A stretch of 64,000 bases of DNA. Origin: Podarcis filfolensis (lineage: Eukaryota). Positions 23,744 through 36,107 of the stretch are shown one piece after another. Below the pieces are notes generated by a model. The model had not been told where the DNA came from, ran no database searches, and saw only the letters and a program-made list of their open reading frames with translations. The translations under genes were made by a program, and so were the position numbers. Each line of letters begins with the position of its first letter. Position 1 is the stretch's first letter. The DNA lies in the NCBI GenBank assembly GCA_964270895.1, contig OZ185440.1. The stretch is one strand, 5' to 3'.

Positions 23744-23818
23744 TTAATATTTACTGGCAGCAAGCCGCTTGAGTAGTGGTTCATCATAAACCCAGCATTC
23801 GCCATCTTCATGGAATAG
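23744..23818 (-). CDS. OSBPL9: ORP9 terminal coding exon [24 protein letters not shown]-stop
   Basis: Matches human [19 protein letters not shown]; TAA at 23746-23744. Confidence 0.97.
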   Translation of the reverse strand, partial: LFHEDGECWVYDEPLLKRLAASKY

Positions 23819-23902
23819 CTGGAAGAGAAGAGTACTCAATTAATAGTGTGACAGGAGGAACAGGGAGATTTACAAAGGTACTGATTATTGTCTAAAACGT
23901 AC

Positions 23903-24038
23903 CCGTGTCTCCCATGGAATCTCTTTCTCCTTTCTGGCTCTGGCTTCGGCTCTTTGTCTTTCTTCAAGCCTATGCTTTGCTTCAGTAGCTGAATCAATGT
24001 CTCTGATCTTTAAGTTGTAAGTTACATCTTTCCATAAG
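23903..24038 (-). CDS. OSBPL9: ORP9 exon [45 protein letters not shown]
   Basis: ORD motif KHRLEERQR; AG/GT flanks. Confidence 0.98.
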
Positions 24039-24685
24039 CTAAAAAAATAAGAATATTTATACAACATGATACAAAACTCATTTCTTATCGCGGGTTCAGG
24101 AGAAAGATTTTAAACTAAGATGAGGGGAAAATCATCCACAAGGGAACATAAATAGGCAGATGGCCAATTTTGTTTCAAAACCTTGATGACTGACATTCAT
24201 CCCATGTTACTGCTCATAATCCACGTTATATGCAATAAATAAATGATTTATTTCCTAGTATGTGAAAGTAGATTTTTTTCACATAATGCAGCTAAACAAT
24301 GCACTTGTTCTATCAAAATATAGAGGTGAAGTTACTGATATTTAATTTCAAGCAAATTAGATTTATGAGACCCAGAGTCTCTTCTGCAAATATAAGGGAT
24401 CCCATTTGCAGAAAAGACAGATACAGCAGAGGCTATTGCAGGAGGAAGGGAGAAGCATTTTGGTGATTCCTCTGTAACCAGCCCCCTGCCCCACTCCTCT
24501 GTTTTCAGGGGACCTAGGTGGAAGGAGTCGTCCGCAAACACCTGCTTTCCCTCCCTGCTAATTCTAGAAGGAGTGTCATGTGAGGGAAATTTTGCTGGCA
24601 GGAATTCAGGATACAGGGCACCAACCTCTATTTACCTGAAGGTCTGGGTTTTAGTAGGCAAGGGAGGAAGAAGAGTTATGCTTAC

Positions 24686-24777
24686 CAGCGGGATTCGTAT
24701 TCTTCTTGATCTTCTAGTTTTCTTACTTTCTTCTTAATGATAGGCATTTTCTTGGTATCTATAAAGACTACATTCTC
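24686..24777 (-). CDS. OSBPL9: ORP9 exon [30 protein letters not shown]
   Basis: AG/GTAAG flanks, frame continuous. Confidence 0.96.
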
Positions 24778-25161
24778 CTAAAGAAAGAATAGCACTATTA
24801 TTGTTTATATTTTTCAACTTCAATTTGCTCACCATCCAGGTTTTATTTATCATTAAGTTTTGCAAAATTTCTCTGGCGCAATTAAATTTCACAGCAGAGA
24901 TGCTGTCACCTGCCATGGTCTAGCATCAATATCAGCCCCCAAATATGCTGAGCCTCAACCAGCAAGAAGCGCAATTCACTCGGTGCCCCCCTGGGATGTT
25001 AAATCCATTAAAAGGCTTTTGGGCTGAAGCCAATTTACTAGCAACAGGAAAAGGAATTCAGATGACATGCTTTGGATAATCAGTATTTTCTTTGAGTGTC
25101 ACAACATGTTCCTCTAGTCTAGCCTATTGATTAAAACAAAACAGAAAAAGGGATGATTTAC

Positions 25162-25240
25162 CCCAGTTGCATGTTTGGCATACATGACACCATTCCATTC
25201 TCCTTCAACTGAACAGAAAGATTTCTTGTCATTAGGAGAA
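25162..25240 (-). CDS. OSBPL9: ORP9 exon [26 protein letters not shown]
   Basis: GEWNG motif; AG/GT flanks. Confidence 0.97.
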
Positions 25241-25427
25241 CTAAAAGAAAAGATAAAAAACAGGATCCATCACTACGAATAGTATTCATAATTATAAAAC
25301 AAGATGAGCATCTGTCGAAATCACTGGCTTAAGCTGCCAGTAGCTCTACTTCCTGTCTTATGTCTAATTCTATTACTACCACAAGTATGAAATGAGTTTG
25401 TTGCTTAAAACCCCTGAATATACTTAC

Positions 25428-25568
25428 AAGATTTCTGCTGTAACTCTGTGCTTTTTCCCACCATAGAAAGGTTTCGTGTGGAAGATTATGGTAGCATTAT
25501 AGCCTGTCTTGGAGCAGCTAATGTTGCATTCTCCTCCCAGCTCTATCCATGGCACTGTGAGAATAGAT
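25428..25568 (-). CDS. OSBPL9: ORP9 exon [46 protein letters not shown]
   Basis: PWxELGG and FHTKPFYGG motifs. Confidence 0.98.
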
Positions 25569-25660
25569 CTGTCAAGGTAACAGAAGAGGCCCTTCAAGAG
25601 TTAGGAAAATAAACATTTGCTATCATAAAATAAATTTCTGAAAAGTGTGAAGTCACTTAC

Positions 25661-25724
25661 CTCCCGTAACCATTGGGGAATGTTAGAATATAGTGTTCAT
25701 CGTAATCTAGGCATGATACACACC
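25661..25724 (-). CDS. OSBPL9: ORP9 exon [20 protein letters not shown]
   Basis: AG/GTAAGT flanks. Confidence 0.97.
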
Positions 25725-26594
25725 CTGCAAGAGAATAGGGCATTATGAGAATAAGACAGTATTTTCATATGAAATAAGATGAGAAAGGACCACAGAAGAA
25801 TAAAAATGCTGCCATGAAAATCTTGGCTGCAAGTTATTTTCTGTTGAAGAACTAAGCCAACGGAATCAGAAAAGAGAACCTATGCTCCTGCCCCTTGAAA
25901 AGTTTTGGGCATTCACAGTTCCCTCTCCCACCACCTTTTTAGTCCTTAATTTATGATAGCATAATGAAAAGAAACGGCAGTGTAGCTGAATCTTTAATCA
26001 TTGTTCTCTGAATTCCCCCCAAAGGGCCAATAAATCTATTTCCTGTTTGTCCCATTACTTTTTGCTCTGTTGCCATATTTTAAGAACAAACATTCAAGAC
26101 AGTACAACAAAGAAACAGCCATACAAATTATCAATTGCAGTAGCTGCACTCTATGAGATCTGGGCAGACGATTTGCTGATCCCTGCGGCCCAAGTGGTTT
26201 CCTTCCCCCTTAAAACTGGAAATGGGGATCTTATACAGACAATACACATGCTGAACTATGTGCCCCATAGTTAATGCCAGTCATTTTGTGACTTCAGTTC
26301 TCTTGGGTCAGTTGATGCCTAAGTCCTTAAAGCCAAAAATACATGGCATCAGGATGGGCTGGAGCCTTTGCAAACATTGCTGCAGGCAATCAGTGCACAG
26401 TGGGACCTTTTTTATAATGAAAAGCAAGACCCAAAGGATTCTGTATTGGTTTGTGACTACTGCTGTGATTGCCACCAGCCTTCAATGAGAAATGTTATCC
26501 AGCATGAAAAAATAATTCATCAAATACTTTCTCATAAATACATTTATTTAGAGAATCAGAAAGTAGATGCAAATTTCTGTGACAGTAGACATAC

Positions 26595-26705
26595 CTTGGC
26601 CTATATTATGAACGCCAATAGACATTCCCAGGAACTTTGACTTTGTCCAGATGTGGGCATTGAACTGTATTTTCTTGCTAGAGCATTCTGCATAAAATGC
26701 TGAAA
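26595..26705 (-). CDS. OSBPL9: ORP9 exon [36 protein letters not shown]
   Basis: [11 protein letters not shown] motif. Confidence 0.97.
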
Positions 26706-26888
26706 CTTAAGGACAGAAAGAAATGGTAAACTATAAAGCAATAAATTCAGGATAAAACACCTGCAAAGCACAAACTGATATTTATTATTTACTTCCCGAG
26801 TAAAAAATCAGCAGCAAAGCCCAACACTGACTAAACACCAGCATTAAAACAGAGGTTTTAAAAATCTGAAATAGGCTTCTTCACTTAC

Positions 26889-26973
26889 TTGGAGGGTGGT
26901 GAGAAACTTGTTCCGCTACAAACGTTACACTGTTTTGGGTAACCCATGGAAGTGGTCCATCTGCCAGAGTTTC
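26889..26973 (-). CDS. OSBPL9: ORP9 exon [28 protein letters not shown] (OSBP fingerprint)
   Basis: EQVSHHPP signature. Confidence 0.98.
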
Positions 26974-27639
26974 CTATAAAGACGTATTCCAATGTTACAT
27001 GATATACTGTCTTTTTAACACGTATACCGAGGTATTCAGATGTGTTCCCTACCTAGATCTTCCAAGGATGCACAGAATAAAGGGTAAAATACACAAGGGT
27101 ACAATGTATGCTATTACCTAGGATGTGCATGATTTGTATGCCTAGGAAGAGACTGTGAAATAAATCTGGGCACACAGTATGACTTGCACAGTAGAGAAAG
27201 TGCGCTACAGCATGATGTGTAGACATCACATGGATATGGTCTATGTAATCAGCATCTATGAGTATGACAAGGGAGGCAGGCCTGAGCATTCCAGGTCAAA
27301 TACCATGCATGGTGTGGGAAATGTCTGCATAGGATTAGAAGGCATCATCCAGTGGTGGACAAACTTTGTTTCACAAAATTTACTCTCAGATTGGATACAC
27401 CAACTAGGAAAAGTCATCGCATTTGCCCACATATAAAGTATCATTTAGAAAATATGCTCTCCCCCAAAATGAACAATGCGAAGCAAACTAGTCTGGAAAG
27501 GCCCTCAATGCTATCTACAAGTCCCCCATGTATTAGACAAGGATGATCATCAAGTCAAATAAGTGGTCCTAGATGGAAGGGAAGAAAAATAAACCCATTG
27601 TAAGAGCTAGCTCACATTATCACCAAAGCCTTAATAATA

Positions 27640-28110
27640 ATAATATATTTGTATTTATACCCTGCCCTCCCTGGCCAGAGCCAGGCTCAGGGCGGCTATT
27701 ACCAATAAAATTACAATAAAACATAATGGGGGGGGGGGAACCAGTTTATTAAAATAGGGGTTAAAATACAATTTAAAATGCAGCCTCATTTTAATAGTAG
27801 CCCATAAATCAAAACCATAAGGGGAGGGAAACATAAGGGTCAGACTGAATCCAAACCAAAGGCCAGGCAGAACAGCTCTGTCTTGCAGGCCCTGCAAAAA
27901 GATGTCAAGTCCCGCAGGGCCCTAGTCTCTTGTGAAAGAGCGTTCCACCAAGTCGGGGCCAGTACTGAAAAGGCCCTGGCCTTAGTTGAGACCAATCTAA
28001 CCAGTTTGGGACCTCCAAAGTATTGTTATTTGTGGATCTTAAGGTCCTCCATGGGGCATACCAGGAGTGGAGGTCCCGTAGATACGAGGGTCCTAGACTG
28101 CATAGGTCAA
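27640..28110 (-). mobile_element. L2 LINE 3' portion
   Basis: (AAT)n tail, TTTATACCCTGCCC...GGGCGGCT end, GTTCCACCAAGTCGGGGCC...GAAAAGGCCCTG body typical of squamate L2. Confidence 0.7.
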
Positions 28111-28124
28111 TAAAGTATGATGTA

Positions 28125-28290
28125 ACTCTGGGAGACCTAGATTCAAATATTCACTCAACCATGAAGCTCAGTGGGTAACCACGGGCCAGTCACTATTTAT
28201 TCTATCTCACAGGGTTGTGAGGATAACATGGGAGGAGGGGAAACATGTACGTAATCTAGAGCTGCCTGGAGGAAATGTGGAATATAACTG
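28125..28290 (+). mobile_element. Old CORE/MIR-like SINE fragment
   Basis: CTGGGAGACCTAGATTCAAAT, GGGCCAGTCACT, CACAGGGTTGTGAGGATAA; similar to the element at 439. Confidence 0.6.
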
Positions 28291-28550
28291 AACTAAATGC
28301 TAGACAAATTACTTAGAAAGATATCCTGAGAAAGTGTTCAAAAGACAGATGAGACAGTATGAGGTCTGACGCTGAATAAGAAAAATTAAATTTCTCAAGC
28401 TCTGGGTTATTCAAGGCACCTTGAACTTAAAAATGGTGAACTGTCCCTTACTCTCAACAAAATGGAAATGAGAGTTAAACCTCTTATGAAATGGCTGAGA
28501 TTAAAAAAAGTTGCATTTTGTAAACAAGCTGTTAAGTAATTTTTACTAAC

Positions 28551-28725
28551 CGTAGTTTCTTCTTGTTCCACACTTGGCAGGACCCAGTGACACCGGAATA
28601 TTTCTCCCAGGATGGGATTGTAAGGCTTTTTAGCAACAGACCCTTTTCTTCCAGCATGGAAAGCTGAGAGGTACCACTTTACCACCTGAACCATTCGGTC
28701 CTTTGGATCTTTTTGGTCACTAATA
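28551..28725 (-). CDS. OSBPL9: ORP9 exon [58 protein letters not shown]
   Basis: [13 protein letters not shown] motif. Confidence 0.98.
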
Positions 28726-28931
28726 CTAGAGAAGACATAATAGGATAACAAAAGATATTTTTTAAAAAAATTGAAACCACAAAAAAGTTATTCAAGATGT
28801 TTAAAACTGAGCTGAGAGAAAAAAATCTAACTGATGGTTTAGCTACACATAAAAGACCTTACCATTCCTACCTGAAAGATAAAATGCTTTATCAGCAATG
28901 TAAAACTAGCTGCCCAGTTTCAGTCCCTATA

Positions 28932-29173
28932 CAGTGGTACCTCGGGTTACATATGCTTCAGGTTACATACGCTTCAGGTTACAGACTCCACTAACCCAGA
29001 AATAGTACCTCAGGTTAAGAACTTTGCTTCAGGATGAGAACAGAAATCGTGCTCCGGCAGCGCAGCGGCAGCAGGACGCCCCATTAGCTAAAGTGGTGCT
29101 TCAGGTTAAGAACAGTTTCAGGTTAAGAACGGACCTCCAGAACGAATTAAGTACTTAACGCGAGGTACCATTG
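28932..29173. mobile_element. Tc1/mariner (Tigger-like) MITE, 242 bp
   Basis: TIRs CAGTGGTACCTCGGGTTA / TAACGCGAGGTACCATTG (16/18), flanked by TA on both sides. Confidence 0.9.
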
Positions 29174-29358
29174 TATTGCTAGAGGCAGCTGGATCTGCCT
29201 AACAAGTAGGCAGCAAATCAATTAGATCATGGTCCTTAGACAAAAATGCATCCACTGAAGTGGAGCTCTGCACCTATGTGCTTGGATTCTGTGCAAATGA
29301 ATATAAAGCTTGCACTACTGCAGGTATATAAGCTGTATGAAAACAAAATTGAGAATAC

Positions 29359-29444
29359 CTTACAAATAAGTCTGGATGTGCAAAGAAGTCTGCATACATT
29401 TCTAAAAGTGATCTTCTTTCCAAAATAAAAGTTGGAAGAACCAC
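29359..29444 (-). CDS. OSBPL9: ORP9 exon [28 protein letters not shown]
   Basis: Identical to recalled human sequence. Confidence 0.98.
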
Positions 29445-30544
29445 CTGAGGGAAGAAACACACAAGACTCTTAAGCATTTGATTATCTAAAAAACACTAAT
29501 TAACGCTGATCGAAACTGCTCAAGCATAATTTGACATTTGTAAGGGTCAGCACTTACTGCTGGTACCACACTTAGTTAAAAAGCAGATGGTCCTTTCCAC
29601 TAAGCTTTCCAGTACAGGATTATTATTATTATTATTTTACACAATACATCCAAGAAACTTTAAAAGGAGGGACATAATATACCTCTGGTTTGTGATCAGC
29701 CTATTGCAAAAGAAGGAACCTATTATGTGCCCAATATTGTTTATTAAAAGAACAGCCCAGAATGTTGAGCATGGGGGATAATCCAAAACAGAAACAACAT
29801 TGGAAACTCTATTCATTTCACCTGTTTGGAGATGTGAGAAATCACTACTCATCTCAGTTTAAAGGCAATAAATAATGAACATGCTGTTCAATTGGGCCTG
29901 ATTTGCTCTTCAGTATGTAATGGTAAGCCAGCCAGGTAACTGGCTTAGCATTACTAAAAAAAACAGCACTAATCATGAGCAGAAACCAAGGCTTGCTCCT
30001 TGTAATTTTCGAATTTCGTATTAAAATTCTTTACTTATTACTTGTGAGTTTTTTTAAGACTATGACTTACTATCACATGTGGATGAGATCAATAAAAAAC
30101 CGTAAGATTAAGTCTCCATGAAATCAAGTTCAATGCTCCAGTCAAATTAATTTCAATGAGACTGAAACAGGCCTAACATTAAATGCTGAAGCAACTAGGG
30201 CTGTTCTGTGGCAAACCGCCCCCCGCCCCGGTCAGGAGCCCTTAGGAGAGGGAGAGCTTTGGGCTGCAGTGTGGACAGTGCATCTTGTGCAAATATCATG
30301 GTTAAGAGTGCAGCAACTAGATGCCACCCTGTGTTGAATTTGAGCATATAACTATCATGCCATTGAAGAGATTACTTACAAACAAGTTTGTGCAGGTTTA
30401 ACACATGCAGATTCAACAATCATAGTTAGGATTTGGGATAGAGGAGATGCAAAACTGATTTATTTGATGACTGAATACTCTTGCACTCAAAGCAATTAAA
30501 GCCACTAACTGCTCAAACTCCATGAACCTCCTTTTGACTCTTAC

Positions 30545-30663
30545 CTTGGTTAAGTCCATTCCTAACCTAACTTGTGACAAAAGATGCATGATAACGCTCT
30601 TGTGTTCTTCCACAGACTCCCCTTCATTATCGTCATCTCTATCGTCATGGGGATCAAACAGAT
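30545..30663 (-). CDS. OSBPL9: ORP9 exon [39 protein letters not shown] (ORD start)
   Basis: LGMDLTK motif. Confidence 0.98.
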
Positions 30664-31076
30664 CTGTAATAATAAACTGCATTCAACACATGCTTTACTG
30701 AAGAAGTAGAAAACATTCAAATAATTAAAATCTAATTAAGGGGTGGGGAACCTGTTTGCCTTAATTTCATGTGTGTGAGAGAAAATGAGGAAGAAGGCGC
30801 CAGAAAGAGGGAGAAAACAAGGGCTCTGGGCACACCCACTGTCAGCCCAAGTGGGGGAAGGTTCCCCACACCTTATCAAATACGCCAAGATAGGCAAACA
30901 TTGTTTTTTCGCCTTAACAATAGCAGAGATATTGAAAGCAAGCATGCAGATAAAGATTAATTTATCCTCACTACTTAGCATAAAGAAGAAAAAGGAGTCT
31001 TTTGTAGTATCTATACACGCTGCAATTTGTAGCAAAGTGCTGTTGGGGCCCTGGATGGTTTGCGGACTTCTCTTAC

Positions 31077-31189
31077 CAGCATCATTTGTCCCATTAGACA
31101 TAGAAGAGTTGAGGGACTCTGTTGTGTCTGGGCGCTTCATACTACTTCCTGTGCTGCTACGAGTTAGGATTGCCCCGGGCCCTGAAGAG
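31077..31189 (-). CDS. OSBPL9: ORP9 exon [37 protein letters not shown]
   Basis: [12 protein letters not shown] conserved; AG/GTAAG flanks. Confidence 0.95.
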
Positions 31190-32192
31190 CTACAGAAAGA
31201 CACAAAGCATTTTAGACCATTACAAACACGATAAGGATGTGAAGAACTCCCACACTTGGGGAATGGCTGAGAAACACTAAATTCCAGGGCAGATAAAGAG
31301 CAGCTTTAAGGTATGGAAAAGAGACCAAAGGAAGGCCAATAGTTCACTTTCATTTAGCATTTTAAAAGAGTTAAGGAGTGTAGCCAGAGGTTAAGCCTCC
31401 AAGAGTCTGCTGACCCACAAGAGAGGCTTTTCAGGGAACACAGGGGGCTGCAGTGGGTAGAAAGGGAAACCTCTATTGTGTTCCTTTGCAGCTTTGTTTT
31501 TGCCTGCCATTACATTTGACATCAGGTGTGGGAGGAACTGTCTCTGTTGAGCAAATTAGGACACCCGCCAGGCCAAATTAGGCCAGTATATGGTGGGTCA
31601 GCTTTAGCAGTTTAAAGGCTAGATGGCTATAGGCAACTCACTACTTAGTTGATGGCTGAAGTCTATGAACTGAGGAACACCTCTGTGCACCACACAGCAG
31701 CTCATGAATAAAACGTCAATTTCCATTAGCTTCTATAAGAATTTGTGCAATTTTCATATCCACGCAGGGCATAATGTTGGCACATTATAGTTGCTTCATT
31801 CACAGTAAGAATTTTTAAAATCGGAATTGTTCTTAATTTGTATTTTTAAGAAAGTGAGAAAGTGGAGTAAAAATCCTGGGTTAGATCCAACACATTTTGA
31901 TCTGTTGCCCACTTGTACAATGAAGCTTATCTTTCCTTTCTCGCTCCCCTGCACCCTCTAAAATCTGCTCTGGAGGGTCTGGGGATCCTGTGGAACAGAT
32001 TTTGAGGGCACAGAGGGAGCTGCAGGAGTGAGGTAAGAAACCATAAGTCCTGTTGTGCAAGCAGAAGGACATCACTGAGCACTGGCCACTGTCCTAATGA
32101 TTTCTGCTACATGCATGGAATGTGGTCAGTATATGTACCGACTTTGACAGTTCTCAAGGAAAAATAGTGTTCTTTGGCTTCCCATTACTTAC

Positions 32193-32352
32193 TCCAAACA
32201 TCTCTTTGGGGATGAGCTGCTTTGATAGAATTCATCAGCATCATAAAATTCATCTTCACTGCTGGAGTAAGAGAAATCTGGAACTGTATTTGGAGAAATA
32301 TTGGCATGGCTCGGAGAAGTTAAACTGCTGCTAGGTGCTGACTGGCCACTTC
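32193..32352 (-). CDS. OSBPL9: ORP9 exon carrying the FFAT (VAP-binding) motif [14 protein letters not shown]; core EFYDADE at 32231-32251
   Basis: Translation [52 protein letters not shown]. Confidence 0.97.
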
Positions 32353-32931
32353 CTGTAACGATTATGCGTATAAATGTAAAAAAACCAGTTTGTTGTTTTC
32401 AAACAAAACATAAGGAGCTGAACTTTTATTAGCTCATGAAGTTCAAGATCAATAATGATTTATAAATAGATCTAAACACAGTATCTTTTAAAAAGTAACG
32501 ACAACAATCAAAGGAATGGAAGAGACCTGTAACAGAGGTGATTGGATGTAAGGCATGTCTCTCCCAACCAGCACATACCAACCAGCATTCCTGATTGGTG
32601 CAGGTTGGGGCGGATAGGAGTTTGAGTCCAGCAATGTCTGGAGGGCACCAGGTTAGCCACTTTGGTCTAGAACATCACCAGGGTTTTATTCCATCCACTT
32701 GGATATAGTGGGAGCCTATGAAATCACCAATAAAGCATGTGCATCATGAAAAGGGGTACCATTCAAATCCTGGTGTTGCGGTACTACAACACCCATCTGT
32801 TCCAGAGAGAACAGCCAATGGTCAGAAAGGATGGGGGTTGTACTCCAGCAACATCTGAAGGTCCACGGGCGCCCCACTCCCACCAAACTGTGGGAGTGTA
32901 TTTTGAAACAAGATAAGCATTTGTGCTATAC

Positions 32932-33036
32932 CTGTACTATTTGGTGTTGGAGTCTGGTGACTTCCAATTAATGCTACAACTGGTCCAACTGCCAAGGATG
33001 AAGGTCGCTGCTCTGATTTGCAAAGCTGGGTTGGTT
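32932..33036 (-). CDS. OSBPL9: ORP9 exon [34 protein letters not shown]
   Basis: [11 protein letters not shown] and QTPTPNST conserved. Confidence 0.95.
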
Positions 33037-33360
33037 CTAAAAGTTATTACAAAGTGACAAGTGAAATGGTGTAAGCAAAAATCCTGACGTATTCATGGTA
33101 TCATCCTAGGCACAGAATGTATTCTGCTGTTCTACTCTCCGTGTGGGAAGATGAAAGCTCACTGCACTACCACATTTCCTAGTTTAGTTGAGTATCTTTA
33201 ATGCAAAGAACAGGCAATGAAGATAGGGAATGCAAACACACTACTATGTGAACTGATTATAAAAACACCACTTGTAAAAAGAAATCATTTAATTTGAGTA
33301 CAAGAGGAAAGAGTCAAATATACTTCAGCGAGAGAATAAAGTTAGCTCATTTCCAAAGCA

Positions 33361-33383
33361 ACAGCACAGCACAGCACAGCACA
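33361..33383. repeat. (ACAGC)n pentanucleotide repeat
   Basis: Direct reading. Confidence 0.9.
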
Positions 33384-33429
33384 AATAGCTTATAAGCTAC
33401 GTCCTTTATGCAACCACATTCAGCGAATA

Positions 33430-33623
33430 CAGTGGTACCTTGGTTCCCGAACACCGCAAACCCGGAAGTGAGTGTTCCGGTTTGCAAACGTTTTTCGGAA
33501 GCCGAACGTCCGACACGGCTTCCGATTTGAGTGCAGGAAACTCCTGCAGCCAATCGGAAGCCGTGCCTTGGTTTCTGAACCGTTTCGGGGGTTGGACTAA
33601 GTTTGAGAACCAAGGTACCACTG
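33430..33623. mobile_element. Tc1/mariner (Tigger-like) MITE, 194 bp
   Basis: Perfect 17-bp TIR CAGTGGTACCTTGGTTC / GAACCAAGGTACCACTG, TA on both sides, internal hairpins. Confidence 0.9.
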
Positions 33624-34093
33624 TATATGCATTCTACTGGGGTGGTTGTCCTTGCCAGCTCCACTCAACAACCCCACGTACCTGCCAACTCCCCCTCCCC
33701 CACCCCTGACAAAACCCTCCTCCCTTTACACTTCAACTATCCCTTCACCGCTTGCCCCAAGCCCCATCCTCTTTTAAAGGGGTGGTGCTTAGCCAAACTG
33801 CTTCGTGAAGCATCTCCCTCCCTCATTAAACAGCTTCCTTGGGTTGCCTGCCACCCACACTGCTAGCCTGTCTGCATGCTGTTCATCATGCTGGAATTGG
33901 TGTGGCGGCAGCCTAACATTTTTATGCATGTATTTAAGAAATAAAGGGATTGAGGGGGGGGGGGAGTGGGAGAAAGTGTATATAAAATAAGTCACATTTG
34001 AGCTGAAACAGGGTATCTACTATTAATACTAAAATTAAATTTTCATAAGTTTCAGAAACAAACATTTCCACAAGTAGTTTACAAATACTATAC

Positions 34094-34187
34094 CTGAAGG
34101 TAAGACAGTTTGGGTAGGCATTGTGCTGATCACTGAAGATTCCAATAGACTAGGTTGATATATTGCATCAACAGGATTAATAGTGCT
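34094..34187 (-). CDS. OSBPL9: ORP9 exon [31 protein letters not shown]
   Basis: [13 protein letters not shown] conserved. Confidence 0.96.
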
Positions 34188-34953
34188 CTACGACACAAAA
34201 AACAAAATTAAACCTTTTTTGAGAACCACAGCAGTGTGTGCTCCGTGCAGGAACTTTCTTAATGCAATAGCAAAATTCCTGAGAGAAAAGCAAAGTGACA
34301 GAAGTACAGCAAATGTTCTCCAAGCATTAGTGGACTGTACAGAATAGTAGTAGTGAGTTGAAAGTGAAATTAGTTAAGTGTAAATATACTCTATCATAAA
34401 ACCCAGGAGTCCCAGCTTTAATTTTTAACGTAGTGATGTGATAGCAACCCTAAAAGATGACAGTCGATCTAGAGATTGTGGTTTACTCCTGCTTTCAGAG
34501 AAGATATTCAACAACTCCAGAAGTACTACTGAACATGGTGCCATAAGAATTTGTCAAGAATCTTGAACAGGAGTCACTATGAATATGTTTTATGACTCAG
34601 AGATTTCATTTTGCTCCTTTGCAGTTTGAGGGAAAGCATAATACATTGTCTGATCTTGTTTCACACTAGTTCATTCTACAGTGAGACACAGTTCCATTTA
34701 TCTTTCCGCCTTCAATTTTCTTTTTCAGAAAAGCAATCATCCCTTTAATAATACCCCTTAAGACCTTTTCACACACTACCACACTTGCCAGATTCTGATG
34801 CAGGACTGATGTCACTTTGATCAGGACAGGAAATTAACATAGTGTATCAACTGTCACTATTTTAAAGGGGAAAAGGCTATAATACTTTCAGCAAGTTGAA
34901 AAATTGATGAAACTGAAAATTACCAGTATATGGTGGGCGAGGTATTCATATGT

Positions 34954-35237
34954 TAGGGTTGCCACACATCCGGAACTTCCCAGACATAGCCAGTATTCGG
35001 CCCTATTAAACAGCGCCCGGGCAGAAATTGCTGGAATGTCTGGGAAAATCCAGACATATGGCAGCCCATGTTGGAAATGGGAGATTTTGGCAAATTTCAT
35101 TAAAAAGAGCTCGAAGCCTCTCTGCTTATTTAGATTGGGGCGGGGGGAGAACAACGCAACTTCAGCAAAAACAAAAAAAAAAAAGCTTAACAACTTTTTT
35201 TGTCTGGATTTTCACTTTTTGAAATATGGCAACCCTA
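34954..35237. mobile_element. hAT-type MITE with perfect 8-bp TSD
   Basis: TIR TAGGGTTGCCA / TGGCAACCCTA; TSD TCATATGT at 34946-34953 and 35238-35245. Confidence 0.92.
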
Positions 35238-36107
35238 TCATATGTGCCCTCATTATACATGTAACATCTACTAGGATAGATCTGCTTCAAAGAGTAGAAA
35301 AATGAAGGCAGTTGGGTATATGATGTGTACGGATGTGTGGCTCTGGTCACATGTTATGTGGTACAAGTGAAGGCATGCAAAGATCCATCCTACTAAACAA
35401 ACTGCAAGTGATGCCTTTGGGAAATAGCTGACTTTTCATTTTGTTCAAACTCTGTCAGCAGAGTTCTAAATGTGTGGGTTAAATACAACTGAAATCACCT
35501 TTACCGATATTTAAAAACTAAACCTAAAACAATCCCGCCATTTGCAGAGCACACGGTCAGAAATAAAACAAAGTAAGGCTAGAGCAGTCAGCAACCTGAA
35601 AACTCAGCAGACAACACAATCTGATAAGATCCATTTAAATCCAGATATTGTACAAGATTTCATATCAAAGAAAGATAAACCTAGAAAAACAGTAACTCAG
35701 AAGATTAGACACAGACTAAACCGAACATGAGCTTCTTTCTGGAAAAGTAGGACAGCAACAAAAATAATAAGGAGTCCTTGAAGATATGAAGAGAAGGGGA
35801 GCATTTGAGGGTAGTACAAGCAGATAAGTTTTTCTTTTGCAAATGATTAGCAAGAGTGTTAACTGGTTTTCTGCACACACATTGAAGGACTGTTGTGATA
35901 ATATATGGGAACAACTCAGAACTTGAGAAATACGGTAACTTCAGGGGCAAGAAATGCTTCTTGCAGCAAGTAGTCTCTTCCTGCTTTTAAAATGGCAACA
36001 ATGGCTATACTTTGGAATTAGCTTCCTGTGGAGGAAGAACTAGATATGGAACAGCTTTAAATCTATGCAGCACAATAAATTTAAGCAACAGTAAAGGAGG
36101 GCATCCA

